A stretch of DNA of 64,000 nt from Rhina ancylostomus (GCA_030265395.1 JARFYF010000046.1:10628797-10692796), one strand, 5' to 3'. Shown: positions 1 to 12,844, counted from the first letter of the stretch. The notes: generated by a model not told the origin, from the letters alone. Program-made: numbers and translations.

Positions 1-873
1 TTGGGCTGGCTGCTTCTTGTTGTGATTCACCTTAGTGCTGACGCTGTGTAATATTCTGTGCAACTACTGACGTTATCAATGTGCTCCGCATGGTTTATTT
101 ACCTAGTGGCAGGAAATGGATCAAAAGGTTGTGATTTATAACCCGTCTAATCAGCACACAATTCACCAAGCAGCACCTCATGCTGAAAATACTGTAATGA
201 AAGCTGCATGATTTAAAGTGTCCCCTCAGGTTATTACTGAATATCACTCCCTAAGGTGTTTGTCTCTATAAAATTTGGTTGACAGCNNNNNNNNNNNNNN
301 NNNNNNNNNNNNNNNNNNNNNNNNNNNNNNNNNNNNNNNNNNNNNNNNNNNNNNNNNNNNNNNNNNNNNNNNNNNNNNNNNNNNNNNNNNNNNNNNNNNN
401 NNNNNNNNNNNNNNNNNNNNNNNNNNNNNNNNNNNCCCCCCCCCACCCCCGTTGAAACTTATCTCTATGGCAACCTGACTTTGTGATGAAGAGGGTGTTG
501 ACCCCCTTTCCCATAAGTGAGTGTTGCTTCTAGCAAGCGACATTGTTCACTGTTCCTTAAAGAGAGTAAATCATGACAAGAGCACTATTTAGGTTGACTT
601 CTGCTTTGGTGTTAGGGCTACCCTACCACACACCTACTACACCAAATGTGGTGAAGTCCACTTTCTCGGGTCTCAGTCTTCTAACCTTGCACAGTTTTGC
701 TGTGACCATGTGAACCTCCTCCAGATGCCCCATTTTTATCCCACATCCCAAGAAGGTTAATTTGGTGATATTCTCGTTCAGGAATCTGGTCCCTTAATTA
801 GCATTCCTATTTTATTTTAAGTTATAAAAAGAGTAGAAATTAATTTGTGATTCTGCCATTACCAAAGGTGGTA

Positions 874-1008
874 AGTCCAGATGAAGGGTCTTCACTTGAA
901 ACGTTGACTGATAATTTCCCTCCATCGATGCTGCCTGACCTGCTGAGCTCCCCCAATGTTTTGTGTGTTGCTCCAGATTCCAGCATCTGCAGGATCTTGT
1001 GTGTCTCC
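874..1008 (+). mobile_element. Penelope pLTR-derived repeat with degenerate hammerhead
   Basis: AGTC-CAGATGA-AGGGTCTTCACTT-GAAA-CGTT-GACTG, followed by the same tail as 57027-57131. Confidence 0.7.
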
Positions 1009-1204
1009 GTGGTGATAAATCTACCTGTTTAGTCAGTGTGTGTACCTTTTCTTTCTGGTTAGAAAGAAAATCTTCATTACAGAAGATATTAAATAAATGC
1101 CAATGCTAAGTTTTCCCATGTGATGTTGTTTTAATGTTTGAACTTAGAAACTCTAAACCTTAAACATACCATTGATCCAAGTACCAGAGCTTATGGGTGG
1201 CAGG

Positions 1205-1545
1205 GAAGTGCAGCAGGTGGTGCTGCTGCCTCACAGCTCCAGTAATGTAGGTTTGATCCTGACATAGGTGGTGTCTGTGTGGAGTTTGCATGTTCTTTCA
1301 GTGACTGTGTGGGTTTCTGCCAGATCCTCTGGTTTCCTCCCACATCCCAAACATGAGTTAGTAGGTTAAATGGCTCCTGTAAATTACCCCCTCACCCACC
1401 CCTCATGTACAAAGTTGGCAAAAAATCCAAAGCAGAGTTGATGGCAAGTGAGAGAGAGTAAGTTGTAGGACTACAGAGGCGAGTGGGATCGCTCTGCTGG
1501 GAGCAGGCATGGATCTGATGGACTGAATGTCCCCCTGTTCTGTAA
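1205..1545 (+). mobile_element. Older HE1-like SINE with CR1-type tail
   Basis: gctgcctcacagctccag...tgtgtggagtttgcatgttct...ggactgaatgtcc. Confidence 0.75.
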
Positions 1546-2229
1546 TTAATCAGATTTAAATTGGGTTTTAGCTCCCCATATAATTCTTGAAGGAAGCAGA
1601 TGATTTCTTATTCCAAATAAATTGGTTACATATCACAATGTAGTGNNNNNNNNNNNNNNNNNNNNNNNNNNNNNNNNNNNNNNNNNNNNNNNNNNNNNNN
1701 NNNNNNNNNNNNNNNNNNNNNNNNNNNNNNNNNNNNNNNNNNNNNNNNNNNNNNNNNNNNNNNNNNNNNNNNNNNNNNNNNNNNNNNNNNNNNNNNNNNN
1801 NNNNNNNNNNNNNNNNNNNNNNNNNNNNNNNNNNNNNNNNNNNNNNNNNNNNNNNNNNNNNNNNNNNNNNNNNNNNNNNNNNNNNNNNNNNNNNNNNNNN
1901 NNNNNNNNNNNNNNNNNNNNNNNNNNNNNNNNNNNNNNNNNNNNNNNNNNNNNNNNNNNNNNNNNNNNNNNNNNNNNNNNNNNNNNNNNNNNNNNNNNNN
2001 NNNNNNNNNNNNNNNNNNNNNNNNNNNNNNNTGCAAAACAAATTGTATTCCTTCGCCTCAGGGTGTAACTCATTCTAAATATCCGGATGGATGGGTTTAG
2101 ATTATCAGCAAAGATGTTCCTCAGGATAGGAAGCAAAAAAGATCTCAGAGCACAAATGTACAAATTATGAAGTGAAGCAAAGCATGCTAATAACTGCCAT
2201 AAAATAGCAACTGTCACCCTTTGATTATT

Positions 2230-2890
2230 TTTGGAAAGATAGAATTGAAGAGTTTAGGTTAAACCTGCATCAAATTCTGGTTGGAAGACACTTGAAGTTG
2301 AATGTACAGTTCAGGTTGCCATGTAATAAAATAGATTTAAAGGTACTGCAGAGGGTGCAAGAGGGTCTTTGAGGTGGTATCAGAAATGCAAGGTTGTACC
2401 TTACAGGATCCCTCTTCTCATGAAGGGAGAAGGCTGAGAAATAACCTCACATTTAACATTATGAGAGATTTTGACAGAGATAACAGAGTCTTTCCATATC
2501 TGGAAAGAGCAAAACCAAAGGGCTATCATTATCACGTATTCACCAAGAAATCAAAGAGGGAAAAAACTACTTTTCTCTGAGAACGCAGTTAATGAGAAAC
2601 CCGCTGCCAGAAGGAGAGGTAAAAGTGAAAGGCATATGAGACTTAAAGGGTGTCTATNNNNNNNNNNNNNNNNNNNNNNNNNNNNNNNNNNNNNNNNNNN
2701 NNNNNNNNNNNNNNNNNNNNNNNNNNNNNNNNNNNNNNNNNNNNNNNNNNNNNNNNNATATGAGACTTAAAGGGTGTCTATGAACGTGTTGTTAGCAGGG
2801 AATGGACGGCTTTCCTGCTAAAGTTAATTGAGGAAGCATGATGCTGCTATGTGCAGATTAGGATGAATGGCTTGTTTTGCTGTAATTCTA
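2230..2890 (+). mobile_element. Old CR1 LINE 3' fragment
   Basis: Degenerate similarity to the younger CR1 copies; tail gatgaatggcttg. Confidence 0.55.
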
Positions 2891-3359
2891 CAATGAGGAA
2901 AAACAAGGCCATTCATTCAGTCAAATCTCACTGATAACATGATGACAGCCATCCTTTGGTGCAGAAGTGACCCAGCGACATGTTGTCAGTCTTGGCAGGG
3001 ACAGCCGTAAACAACAGAAAAATGGAAATCCTCAATAATCTTCCACATTTTAATTGTTGTCAATAATTTATGTTTCACTGTTCCAGTTACTTCCTGTAGA
3101 ATGGCCATTTCTGCTAACAGTTCTGCCAGGGCCACTGTTGTTTTTGAGATTCTCCCTTCTGTCCTGAAGGCTCAGACATTAGATTTCCATAATGAGAGGC
3201 CCTCCTTGTCTGTCAGAACGGACATTTGGAAACTGCTAAAAAAAGTAACAGAGAAAAATAAAACAACTGAAAACAGACTTGAAAAGTAACAAATATATTT
3301 AAAAGCATATAAAACAAATATGTTACAATAAACAAAAACATATCTAAACTAGCTGTTCA

Positions 3360-4075
3360 AATATAAGTCAGCAAACCCATTCAGAAGTGTGAGGTAACGC
3401 ATTTGGGAGGTGCAACGGGGAAGGAAATCTACAATAGATAGGGAGCTAGTGAGTGACAAGCAAGAACTTTGGAGTATATGGCCACAGATCATTAAAAGTA
3501 GCAGGACAATAACTAAAGTGGCTCAAAAGCATATGGGATGAGTTCTATTATTAGCTGAGGCAGAGAACATATGAGGAGGGAGGAATGTTTACCACACTAC
3601 AGCTTGAGCACATTACAGGAAAGATGTGATTGCACTGAAAAGGCTGCAGAGGAGACTTAGGAGGATTTTGACATGGCTATAGATTGGATGGGTTGGTGTT
3701 GCTTGCTGTAGGGGAGTCTGAGGGAAAACTGAACTGAGGTGTGTAAAACTACAAGGAACTTAGAGTAAAGCGGAAGGAACCATTTCCTTTAGCAAAGGGT
3801 AAGAAACCAGGGGGTAGCAATTAAACAGCAGAACAATTAGAGGGGAGATGATGATAAATGCTTATTTGCAGAAATGTGTGGAGGTCTTAAATTTACTACC
3901 TGACAGCGTGGTAGAGACAGCGACTCAAACTACATTTAAATAGTGCCTGGATGGTTCCTTGACCTGCAGGGCTACAGATCAAGTGCTTGAAGGTGCAATT
4001 AAGTTTGGCTGGGATTTTATTGACATAATGGGCTGTATGGTCTCCTGATGATCGTAAATTGTTTCCGATTCTACA
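3360..4075 (+). mobile_element. Old CR1 LINE 3' fragment
   Basis: aagtgtgaggtaacgcatttggg...tgggctgtatggtctc tail. Confidence 0.65.
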
Positions 4076-5039
4076 AGTGGGACATATGCCAGCTATAGCT
4101 GGTGTGAAGCTGAGATGCCAGGTACAAAGTGTCCATCTTCCCTCACCTCCGTAAGTTATGAATCGCCCCTTAACTCCGTGCCCAGGTATGGAATTGGAGA
4201 GCTTTATGAAATATGTAGTTGATGGTTCTGGAAATAACTGCCATCAACACATTCCAGCCCAATAACAGTAGCAACGGCATTAACTTATGTATCATCTCTA
4301 ATGTAATATAAAGTTTCACGGTAATTAACAGGTGTATTATCCAAGGTAAATTGACACCGTACCACAGAGATGTCCAAGCAGTGACCAAAGACTTAGTTAG
4401 AGAGAAGGGGCTTTAAGGAGCACCATAGGAAGAGAGAGAGAGCTTGAGAGGTGGAGAGTTTTCACGAGAAAATTCCTTAGCTTAGAACCAACATGGCTGA
4501 GGTTACAGCTGGAGAGGAGGGAATTAATTAAAGAGGAAAGAATGGGAGAAAGGGTTGTGGGATGAGGGTGTGGGGTGGGAGGATGAGCTGAGACATGGGG
4601 AGAGTTGAAACGAAGGCTGAGGATGTTTACAATCAAAGCAATGATGTGGCAGTAGAACTCTGGGTAAATGCAAGTTTATGCATGGCAGAAGGTGGGAAAC
4701 CAGCCAGGAAAGGATTGGAATTATTATTTGTCCATAGGACAAGGACATCACTGATAATGCCAGCACACATTGCCTTGAAATGATTTTAAGAGTCAACTGG
4801 TGCCATTAATGGTTCAGCTGAATAACAGAGGCAGGCTTCCTTCTCTGAAGGAAATGAATTCACCAGATGAGATTTTGCAACTAGCCAGCAGCTTTCTACT
4901 ACTGTCACTATGCGTATTTCCAGATTAATTTAATTACTTGAAATCAAATTCCCCAGTTGCCTTGATGAGATTTGAACTCATGTCCTTGGATCAATTATCC
5001 AGGTCTCTGGCTGCTGGTCCAGTAACTTAATCACTATGT

Positions 5040-5400
5040 CACCATAAGTCCAAACAAGGTCTTGGCGTAACAGAAGCACAGACAAGGGTTTCGGCCATGT
5101 GGTGGTAGGGCTGGAGCTGGCAGAGTTGTGGAGATGGAAGTATGTTAGTGATGGAATGTAGAGCAGCATGCACACAATAAAAACAAAATGAGTTATTAAT
5201 GAAGAAAGACTGTCCCAAATTGCCACATTTAAAGGAAAGCTGGAAATGGAGAATAAATTCAAGCACTGGAAGATTGATTGCCCTATACTCACCATAGAGT
5301 TCCATGCTTGAGTGTAATGGTAGTTGGTCAATGGATAGTCCAGTGGTCAACAGACTAATTGACCATTGTGGGACTGCAGTTACACCTTCACTTCTAGCAG
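5040..5400 (-). mobile_element. L2-like LINE relic
   Basis: AETLVCASVTPR resembles the L2 motif AETLVHAFVTSRLDY. Confidence 0.45.
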
Positions 5401-6034
5401 TTTGCTAGATCTTGCTTAGTCTGGAGATTTTAATTTCTCTGGCAATGCAGCTGCGCTGAAAAATCTCATCACAAAAAATTATAATCAGGTTAGAACACAC
5501 ACATTCAGAAATCATTGCTATTGTTGGACCATTCCTCTGTGTTATCTTGGCTGTGGACCTGCCACTTGGGAATATAATAGTGCACAAGGTTTGAGGCACA
5601 GGTTTGAGGTTTGTTGTCGAATTGACCTTACATGAGGTAAGGACCTGTGTTCTCCCGATCCACCAATGCAGTGCAATGGAAGTCAGGTAAGTGGAGCTCC
5701 ATGTCTGCAACTAGTCAGGTCATGGGACAGGGAGGCCTAGGGGTGAGAAGGATGGGTGACCATGAGTTTGAAAGTAGGGGTCGGGGCAGAGTCATCTGTT
5801 AGTGATCACCAATGGAGATGGGAGTCTTGGATGAAACGAAGGGGTAAATGTCATGGGGATGATGTGGGGCTTGAAGGAGGACCTGATCCTGCAGGAGTGG
5901 CAAGTGGATGGTATGGGCCACTCCAATGAGAAGGAAACTTCTGGAGGTGGTGTCCAGATGTGCATTGCATGTCATTGGACATCCACAGTCTCCCATGCTT
6001 CATACATTAAAATCCTATGTAAGAACCAAGAGGC

Positions 6035-6355
6035 ACTGTGCCACAGCTGGCAGAGCCACTGCCTCACACCTCCAGTGACCCAGGTTCAGTCCTGACCTTG
6101 GTTGCTGTCTGTGTGGAGTATGCACGTTCTCCCTGGGTGCTTCAGTTTCTTTCTACATCCCAAAGACATGTGGGTTTGTCGGTTCATTAGCCACCGTAAG
6201 TTGCCACTAGTGTGTACCTAGTGGTTGAAACTTGGGGCGGGGGGTGCAGGGTGGGAAAGTTGATGGGAATGTGAGGACAATAAAAAGGTTAGGGTAAATG
6301 GATGCTTGAAGGCTGGCATGGACTTGGTGGGCTGTAGGTGTCTCTGTATTGCATG
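6035..6355 (+). mobile_element. Older HE1-like SINE
   Basis: gcctcacacctccagtgacccaggttcagtcc...tgtgtggagtatgcacgttctcc. Confidence 0.75.
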
Positions 6356-6564
6356 AGGATGACCCTGTGACTTCAAGCTGTAATGCACATTGGAGTGTTT
6401 GCAATCCACACTGTATGTATTTATCTGCCATTCACATTCTACTTTTCATAGAAAAGGCACATGAACATGGTGTTTTGCAACCTAATTTGTAATGGTTACC
6501 TCTTATTCATTTATTCTTATTGCTCCAATCAGTGAGCAAGGCTCAGATCCCTTAAGAGGCAACA

Positions 6565-6790
6565 GACTTCAGATGCCGAAACTCTGAAACAAAAGCAGAG
6601 AAAGCTGGAAAAGCTGAACGGGTGTGGCAACATCTGAGGAGAGAAAGAGTTAACGTTTCAGTTGATGGCCTTTCAACCAAACTCAGTCTGAAACATTTAT
6701 TCTGTTTCTTGCTTCACAGATACTGCCTGGACTGCAAAGCATTTCCAGTGTTCTCTGGTTTGATTTCCAGCAACTGCAGGGCTTTATGTT
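6565..6790. mobile_element. Older inverted pair of pLTR-derived repeats
   Basis: Left half resembles the reverse complement of the family tail (gttaacgtttcag); right half is forward (ctgaaacat...cacagatactgcctg...ccagcaactgcag). Confidence 0.5.
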
Positions 6791-6894
6791 TGTTTTATCT
6801 ATGTAACCATGATAGAAATGATTACTATATGCTTGTTCATTCTTTGCAAAATAAAATTGCTTGCTATTTAAACCTAAAGTAATCTCATTGAAAC

Positions 6895-7260
6895 CTACTG
6901 GACACTGAAAGGCCTGGATAGAGTGGACGTGGAGAGGATGTTCCCACTAGTCGGGGACTCTAGGATCCGAGGGCACACCCTCAGGATAAAGAGATGTCCC
7001 TTTAGAACAGAGATGAAGAGGAACTTCTTCTGCCAGAGAGTGGTGAATCTGTGGAATTTGTTGCCACAGAGGGCTGTGGAGGCCAAGTCATTGGGTGTAT
7101 TTAAGACAGAGTTTGATAGGTTCTTGATTGGTAAAGGGGTTAAGGGTTACAGGGAGAAGGCGGGAGAATGGGGATTAAAATAAAAATCAGCCATGATTGA
7201 ATGGTGGAGCAGACTCGATGGGCTGAATGGCCTAACTCTAGTCGTATATCTTATTATGTA
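6895..7260 (+). mobile_element. CR1/HER-type LINE 3' end (fairly young)
   Basis: RMFPLVGDSRIRGHTLRIK...FFCQRVVNLWNLLP C-terminus and the GGGCTGAATGGCCT tail. Confidence 0.9.
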
Positions 7261-8526
7261 GTATTGTTCTTGAACAGTTGAGTGAACCTGATGAAAGCAT
7301 AAATAAAAGCAATAATTGAAAACAATTGATAGGGCATTTTGTTCATTTCCCAGACAAGCTATATCCAAGTTCACCTTGATCTTAATGCACAGATATTCCT
7401 GTAGTAACAGCAGAGTCAGAATTCACCACTAAGTATCATTTAAAATTCAAGAGCTGAAGTAATGTAAAAGCTGTAAAGAACCCAAAAATCTAACAAGCAT
7501 GTGCGTCACCCTCTCCTAAAGGAGACTTTACAGGATGTGTGGCAGCAAACCCAGTTGACAGCAAAGCAGGAGCTTCTGCCCTTATGTTTTGATTAAACCC
7601 TTAAAGCCATGGGCATTACAGAGGGAAAACAAAACCTAGAGATCAAAGAAATCATCTGCGGCTAATTAATGGAGTACTTTGCATGGAAATCACTTTCACA
7701 ATATGTTCCAGCTCTGGTGCAAGCACTACCAGATATACTTTACTGAATGGAAGAGCCGACTTTGACTCGTTTCGATACTTCATCATATCGCCCAGAACAG
7801 CGGTGCATGTCAACTGATTTATTTAGAAGTGGAATCACTGTTGTATACATATACACTGCAGGTACTCTGAGCACAGCAAGTTACCACAAACAAATGAGGG
7901 TCTTGGCAAGTTGGTCTTGAAGAGGTCAGCTTGGATCTCTTCACTTATCTGAGAACAGAGTTTAATCCTGAAGATAAATTAGGGATCTTTATATAAGCAT
8001 TAGAGGGAATCCCGAGGGAACCTTCTCTCCCATTTCCCCATCTTTGATACCTACAGCTATTAGTCTTCCCTTAAATCTATATGGTTTCCTCCTAAAAGTG
8101 GGAAGGAAGGTGGTTCAGAACCTGCTTTACTCCAGGTGTCTTCTCTTCCATGGATAGCAAGCCATCTTCTTCCTGCTATGGACGTGTTAAATCAAATGTG
8201 TCCCATTCTAAGAGAAACTAAGATTGACAGACATGTAGGATAGCAGGAATTGTGGATGAAGGAAAAGCTAGACATAAGCAGAAATATATGTAAGAAGAGT
8301 GGTGGATCCAAACTGATACAACGTACAGGAACTGCTCATCAGCTCTCACCACTGTCAGAGAAAGTATCAGAGACATGAGAGTCCTGACTCTGGAGAATGA
8401 CAGAAGCTTCATATCAAGAATGCCTTAAGTAGACTCCAGGGCTCAGTGCAACCATTTTTAGCCTTTGTTTATTACATACACAGGAAAGTTGGAACAGCAC
8501 GGCAAAACTGAGTGAAGTAAGGTCAT

Positions 8527-8812
8527 AGAATAAGACATCTTTATTAGTGGCATGTACATTGAAACACTCAGTGAAATGCATCTTTTGCGCAGAGTGTTCT
8601 GGGGGCAGCCCTCAAGTGTTGCCACACTTCCGGCACCAACATAGCATGTCCACAACTTCCTAACCCGTACGTCTTTGGTATGTGGGAGAAAAGCAGAGCA
8701 CCCGAAGGAAACCCACACAGTCACAGGGAGAACATACAAACTCCTTACAGATTTGAACCCCGGTCACTGGCGCTGTAAAGCATTATGCTAACCGTTATGC
8801 TACCATGCCTGT
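8527..8812 (-). mobile_element. V-SINE/HE1-like SINE
   Basis: Reverse complement of the 52068 family. Confidence 0.85.
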
Positions 8813-9290
8813 TCTAGGTTGACACTGCAGTGTATTACTTGAGGGAATGCCGCACTGTCCAATATGTTGCCTTTCAGATAAGAATTAGATTGAAGCACCA
8901 TCTAATCTGTTGAACATGAAAGCTGCTACAGAAATACTTTGATGAAAACCAGGGCAGCTATCAACTATCTTGTGTACCTTTTTTTAAACTACCTGCCCTT
9001 TTACCTTTGTGGATCCATAGCAAGTGATCCAAGATTCCTTGGTTCCTCCACACTCTCAGTATTCTCCCATTTATTATGATTCCCCAGCCTTGTTGTATCT
9101 GTCTAGATATATCACAGCTATTATCCTGCAGTCAACAGCAATAAAATGACCATTTCCATAATCGCTGCCCATGGGATCTTGCTGTGTTTCCTATGGTACA
9201 ATGAAACCTACACTTCAAGGGTATTTAATCAGCAGAAGATTGTTTTGGAACATCCTGGGATTGCAAAATGAGCCACATTAAAGCAATTTA
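8813..9290 (+). mobile_element. Ancient DeuSINE-like (SacSINE/AmnSINE-type) relic
   Basis: ctgcagtgtattacttgagggaatgccgcactgtc...ctttcagataag resembles the Deu-domain as recalled. Similar minus-strand relics near 7820-7990, 47690-47820 and 57780-58030. Confidence 0.5.
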
Positions 9291-9720
9291 TTTATTGTTT
9301 TTCAGTAAGTGTCAGAACCAATGTGGCTTGTATCTCATCCAAATCACTCACTGGAGAGCTGTCTAATAGTGGTCACAGAATCCTCGAGGTGCTGGGAAAA
9401 TCTCACACATCTCCACGCCCTTGCTGCTGTGTTTAATTTTGTATTGGCAGATATGTGAGTTTTATTTCTTTCCCGTGGCCATTGTACAGTGCATTCATCT
9501 CTCCTTCTCACGGGTCTCCTGCAAGCCACCATGGAGTGAAGCAGAGGGAGAGCAGTGAGGGGAATGTGCTCCGCTCTCGGGCTGCTCAGTCCCTCAACAT
9601 CAGAGTATCACAGAACAAAANNNNNNNNNNNNNNNNNNNNNNNNNNNNNNNNNNNNNNNNNNNNNNNNNNNNNNNNNNNNNNNNNNNNNNNNNNNNNNNN
9701 NNNNNNNNNNNNNNNNNNNN

Positions 9721-9998
9721 TCCCCAGCTACCCGTCCCCATCGACCCGGCTCCCATCTACCCGTCCCCATCTACCCGTCCCCATCTACCCAACCCGTATC
9801 TACCCATCGCCATCTACCAGCCCCATCTACCCATCCCCATCTACTCAACCCCTCCTCCACCCATCCCCTTCTACCCATTCCCCCATCTATCCGTCCACCA
9901 TCTACCCGTCCCCATCTACCTGTTCCCATCTACCCGTCCCCCCATCTACCCGTCCCCCCATCTACCCGTTCCCCCATCTACCCATTCCCCACCCCCCA
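9721..9998. repeat. Minisatellite, ~14-bp unit CCCCATCTACCCGT
   Basis: Many imperfect tandem copies directly visible; abuts an N gap. Confidence 0.92.
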
Positions 9999-10214
9999 TA
10001 TCTGCTGCTCATGTCCTGGAGGAACTCCCACGCATGAGTGGGACATGCTTTCTGCTTCACGAACGTGGAGTCTCCTGGATGCTGAGCATTCCTATAACGC
10101 TGTGTGTGGGGGCAGAGTGGGGGAGACTGGGGAGGATAGAGTGGGGGGGGAGAGGAGATGATGGGTGTCAAAAAAGAACTACCCATTCTCACGGAGCACT
10201 TGTTCCTGGGTGCT

Positions 10215-10972
10215 ACAGGTCAAAGGGCACATCTAAGCACTTTATAAATGTGGTGAAGGTATCTGCATTTACCACCAAATCAGGTAGTGAGTTCCAAACC
10301 CTTACCATCCTCTGCAGGAAGATCTGTTTCCCCATCTTCCTTCTAATTCTTTCTCCAATTGCCTCAAAGCCATGTCCCTTAGTTTTTGATCCATTGATAG
10401 GTCATTGACAGGTAAAATCTCACACATCTCCATGCACTAGTTGGTGTGTTTAATTTTGTATTGGTATATATGTGTGTTTTATTTCTTTCTATTGACAGCC
10501 ATTGATAGGTCATTCCTCCTTATTCTATCCAGTCCCTTTATAATTTCCCAGTTCCGTCTCCTTGCTGTCTCCTCTTATCCAAAGAAAATAACCTCAGCCT
10601 ATTCAATCTTTCCAGTTCTGGTAACATCATCAAGAGTAACCTTTGCACCAGCTCCAGCACAACATTGTGGGCTGAAGGGCCTGTTCCTATGCTGCACTGC
10701 TCTATGTTCTCCCAAGGGCAATCACTTGCCTATACTGTGGTGACTGGAATGGTGCACAGCACCCTACCTTACTAAGTAGTGTTGGATATAATTCCAGCAT
10801 AACCTCCTTGATCTTACATACTATGATTAAACTAACAAAGGTGTACCTTTTTTTAAACTACCTGTCCTTTTACCTTTGCGGATCCATAGTAAGTCATCCA
10901 AGATTCCTTGGTTCCTCCACACTCTCAGTATTCTCCCATTTATTATGATTCCCCAGCCTTGTTGTATCTGTC
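10215..10972 (-). mobile_element. Old CR1 LINE fragment
   Basis: Reverse-complement CR1 C-terminal motifs (gagttccaaacccttaccatcctctg...). Confidence 0.6.
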
Positions 10973-12844
10973 NNNNNNNNNNNNNNNNNNNNNNNNNNNN
11001 NNNNNNNNNNNNNNNNNNNNNNNNNNNNNNNNNNNNNNNNNNNNNNNNNNNNNNNNNNNNNNNNNNNNNNNNNNNNNNNNNNNNNNNNNNNNNNNNNNNN
11101 NNNNNNNNNNNNNNNNNNNNNNNNNNNNNNNNNNNNNNNNNNNNNNNNNNNNNNNNNNNNNNNNNNNNNNNNNNNNNNNNNNNNNNNNNNNNNNNNNNNN
11201 NNNNNNNNNNNNNNNNNNNNNNNNNNNNNNNNNNNNNNNNNNNNNNNNNNNNNNNNNNNNNNNNNNNNNNNNNNNNNNNNNNNNNNNNNNNNNNNNNNNN
11301 NNNNNNNNNNNNNNNNNNNNNNNNNNNNNNNNNNNNNNNTTACTATGGGAGGGAGGGAATATTCCCTCCGATTTGCCTTTGGTGAGAACTGCGAAACTAT
11401 TCTGTACAGGCACAAACACCTAGAAGGTGCTTCACACCAATTTTCTGGCCTTCTGACTACGGTTATCCTAAGATTTGTCAGTCTCCTTACAGTGTGCCCT
11501 TTTGATGCGTCATACATCTTCACGTTTTGGAATATGGTCCACCAGAGTTTACCTCTACAGTCAGTTCTTAAAGGGGCAGCTCACTATTCAGGCTGTACTC
11601 TTCCAGTTTCAGGGAAGTGTTGCTACTGAATGAATGGACCCTGCAATGATGAAGAGCTGGGAGAATGCTTCCAGAATGGGGATCAGAGAGCCGTATACAG
11701 TAGGCTTCTGAAGAATGGGGCCCACGCGTAAAAGAGGACCACAGATACTCTCCAGGACTGCAGCCAGGTCCTCCTGGCAAGAGGTTGCCAAGGAGGTTCC
11801 TGCGAGGGCATTAAGGTGATCTCTACATTACTGAGGAAGCCTGCAATGTAGGCAGATACCATGCCCACTCTCTCTATTCCAATGGACTGAAAGAAGATAA
11901 GACAGCATCTCCTCTCTAAGTACTGAGTTTGGATGACAGCAATGAGCAACAAACCATGAGATGTGGAAGAGATCAGCAGGAGTAGTCTACAATGTTCCTG
12001 GACTATTCCAACAGAAATAATCCCAGCATATCCAGTCTGTCTTCATTGCTAACATTCCCGGCAACATCCTCATGAATCTCCTCCATACCCTCTCCAGTAC
12101 AATCACATCTTTCCATGACTTGGTGATAGTGGCCACTGTTCCATGGGTAAAGCAGTCCAGGCACATGTGGTTGTACTTGAGGCCACAGGACGTCAGAGAT
12201 CTTAGCCGGAGCAAAGCGTGTAGTTTTTGAGTGTTGCCCCTTTAAATAGCACAGCTTCAGGGAAAATAGTACTTGTAATATTTAGTTGCTCTAAGGTCAA
12301 ATATAAACCAAGTTTTTTAGTTCAGTGAGGTTGAAACTCCCATTGCAAACAAATTTTGCAGGTGGACACCACTCTTGGTACCTTTTGGGGGAATTTTACC
12401 TCAGTCAAAACTGCTTGGGAGAATGAACATCTTGCCTGAAAATAAGGAGATTCATTTCCTGATAGATACCACCAAACCCAGAAATGTGCCCTAAATTGCT
12501 CTGCTTCATGTTATGCTAGTTTTCAGCAGCACAACACCACCTTTTTTATTGAGGTGTGTATGAACAAATTTCCAGGCCAAAGACTTGTTTTTAATTGGCA
12601 CCTTTCACAACCCAAGATTCTGCCTGGNNNNNNNNNNCTGCCTGGATTTTACGCAGAGTAGATCAATACAGTCATTATCTATGACTCAGAAGGAGTGCTA
12701 CCAATTGAGCCAACGGCTGATTATTCACCACACTGAACATTTAGCTGCAAAATGCACAGAAGATTCTGACCTTCATGTTGACCTCAGCGTATGGAAATTA
12801 ACAACAAGCATCAAAAGAAAACCGTCAACATTTGATGTGAAGCC

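Noticed and set aside
2634-2781. Direct repeats flanking N gaps (also at ~13030-13166, ~12620-12646, ~45108-45229)
   Set aside because: Identical sequence on both sides of round-number gaps indicates unmerged contig overlaps, not biology.
9455-10408. 317-aa proline-rich ORF
   Set aside because: Translation of the 14-bp minisatellite plus gap plus CR1 fragment.
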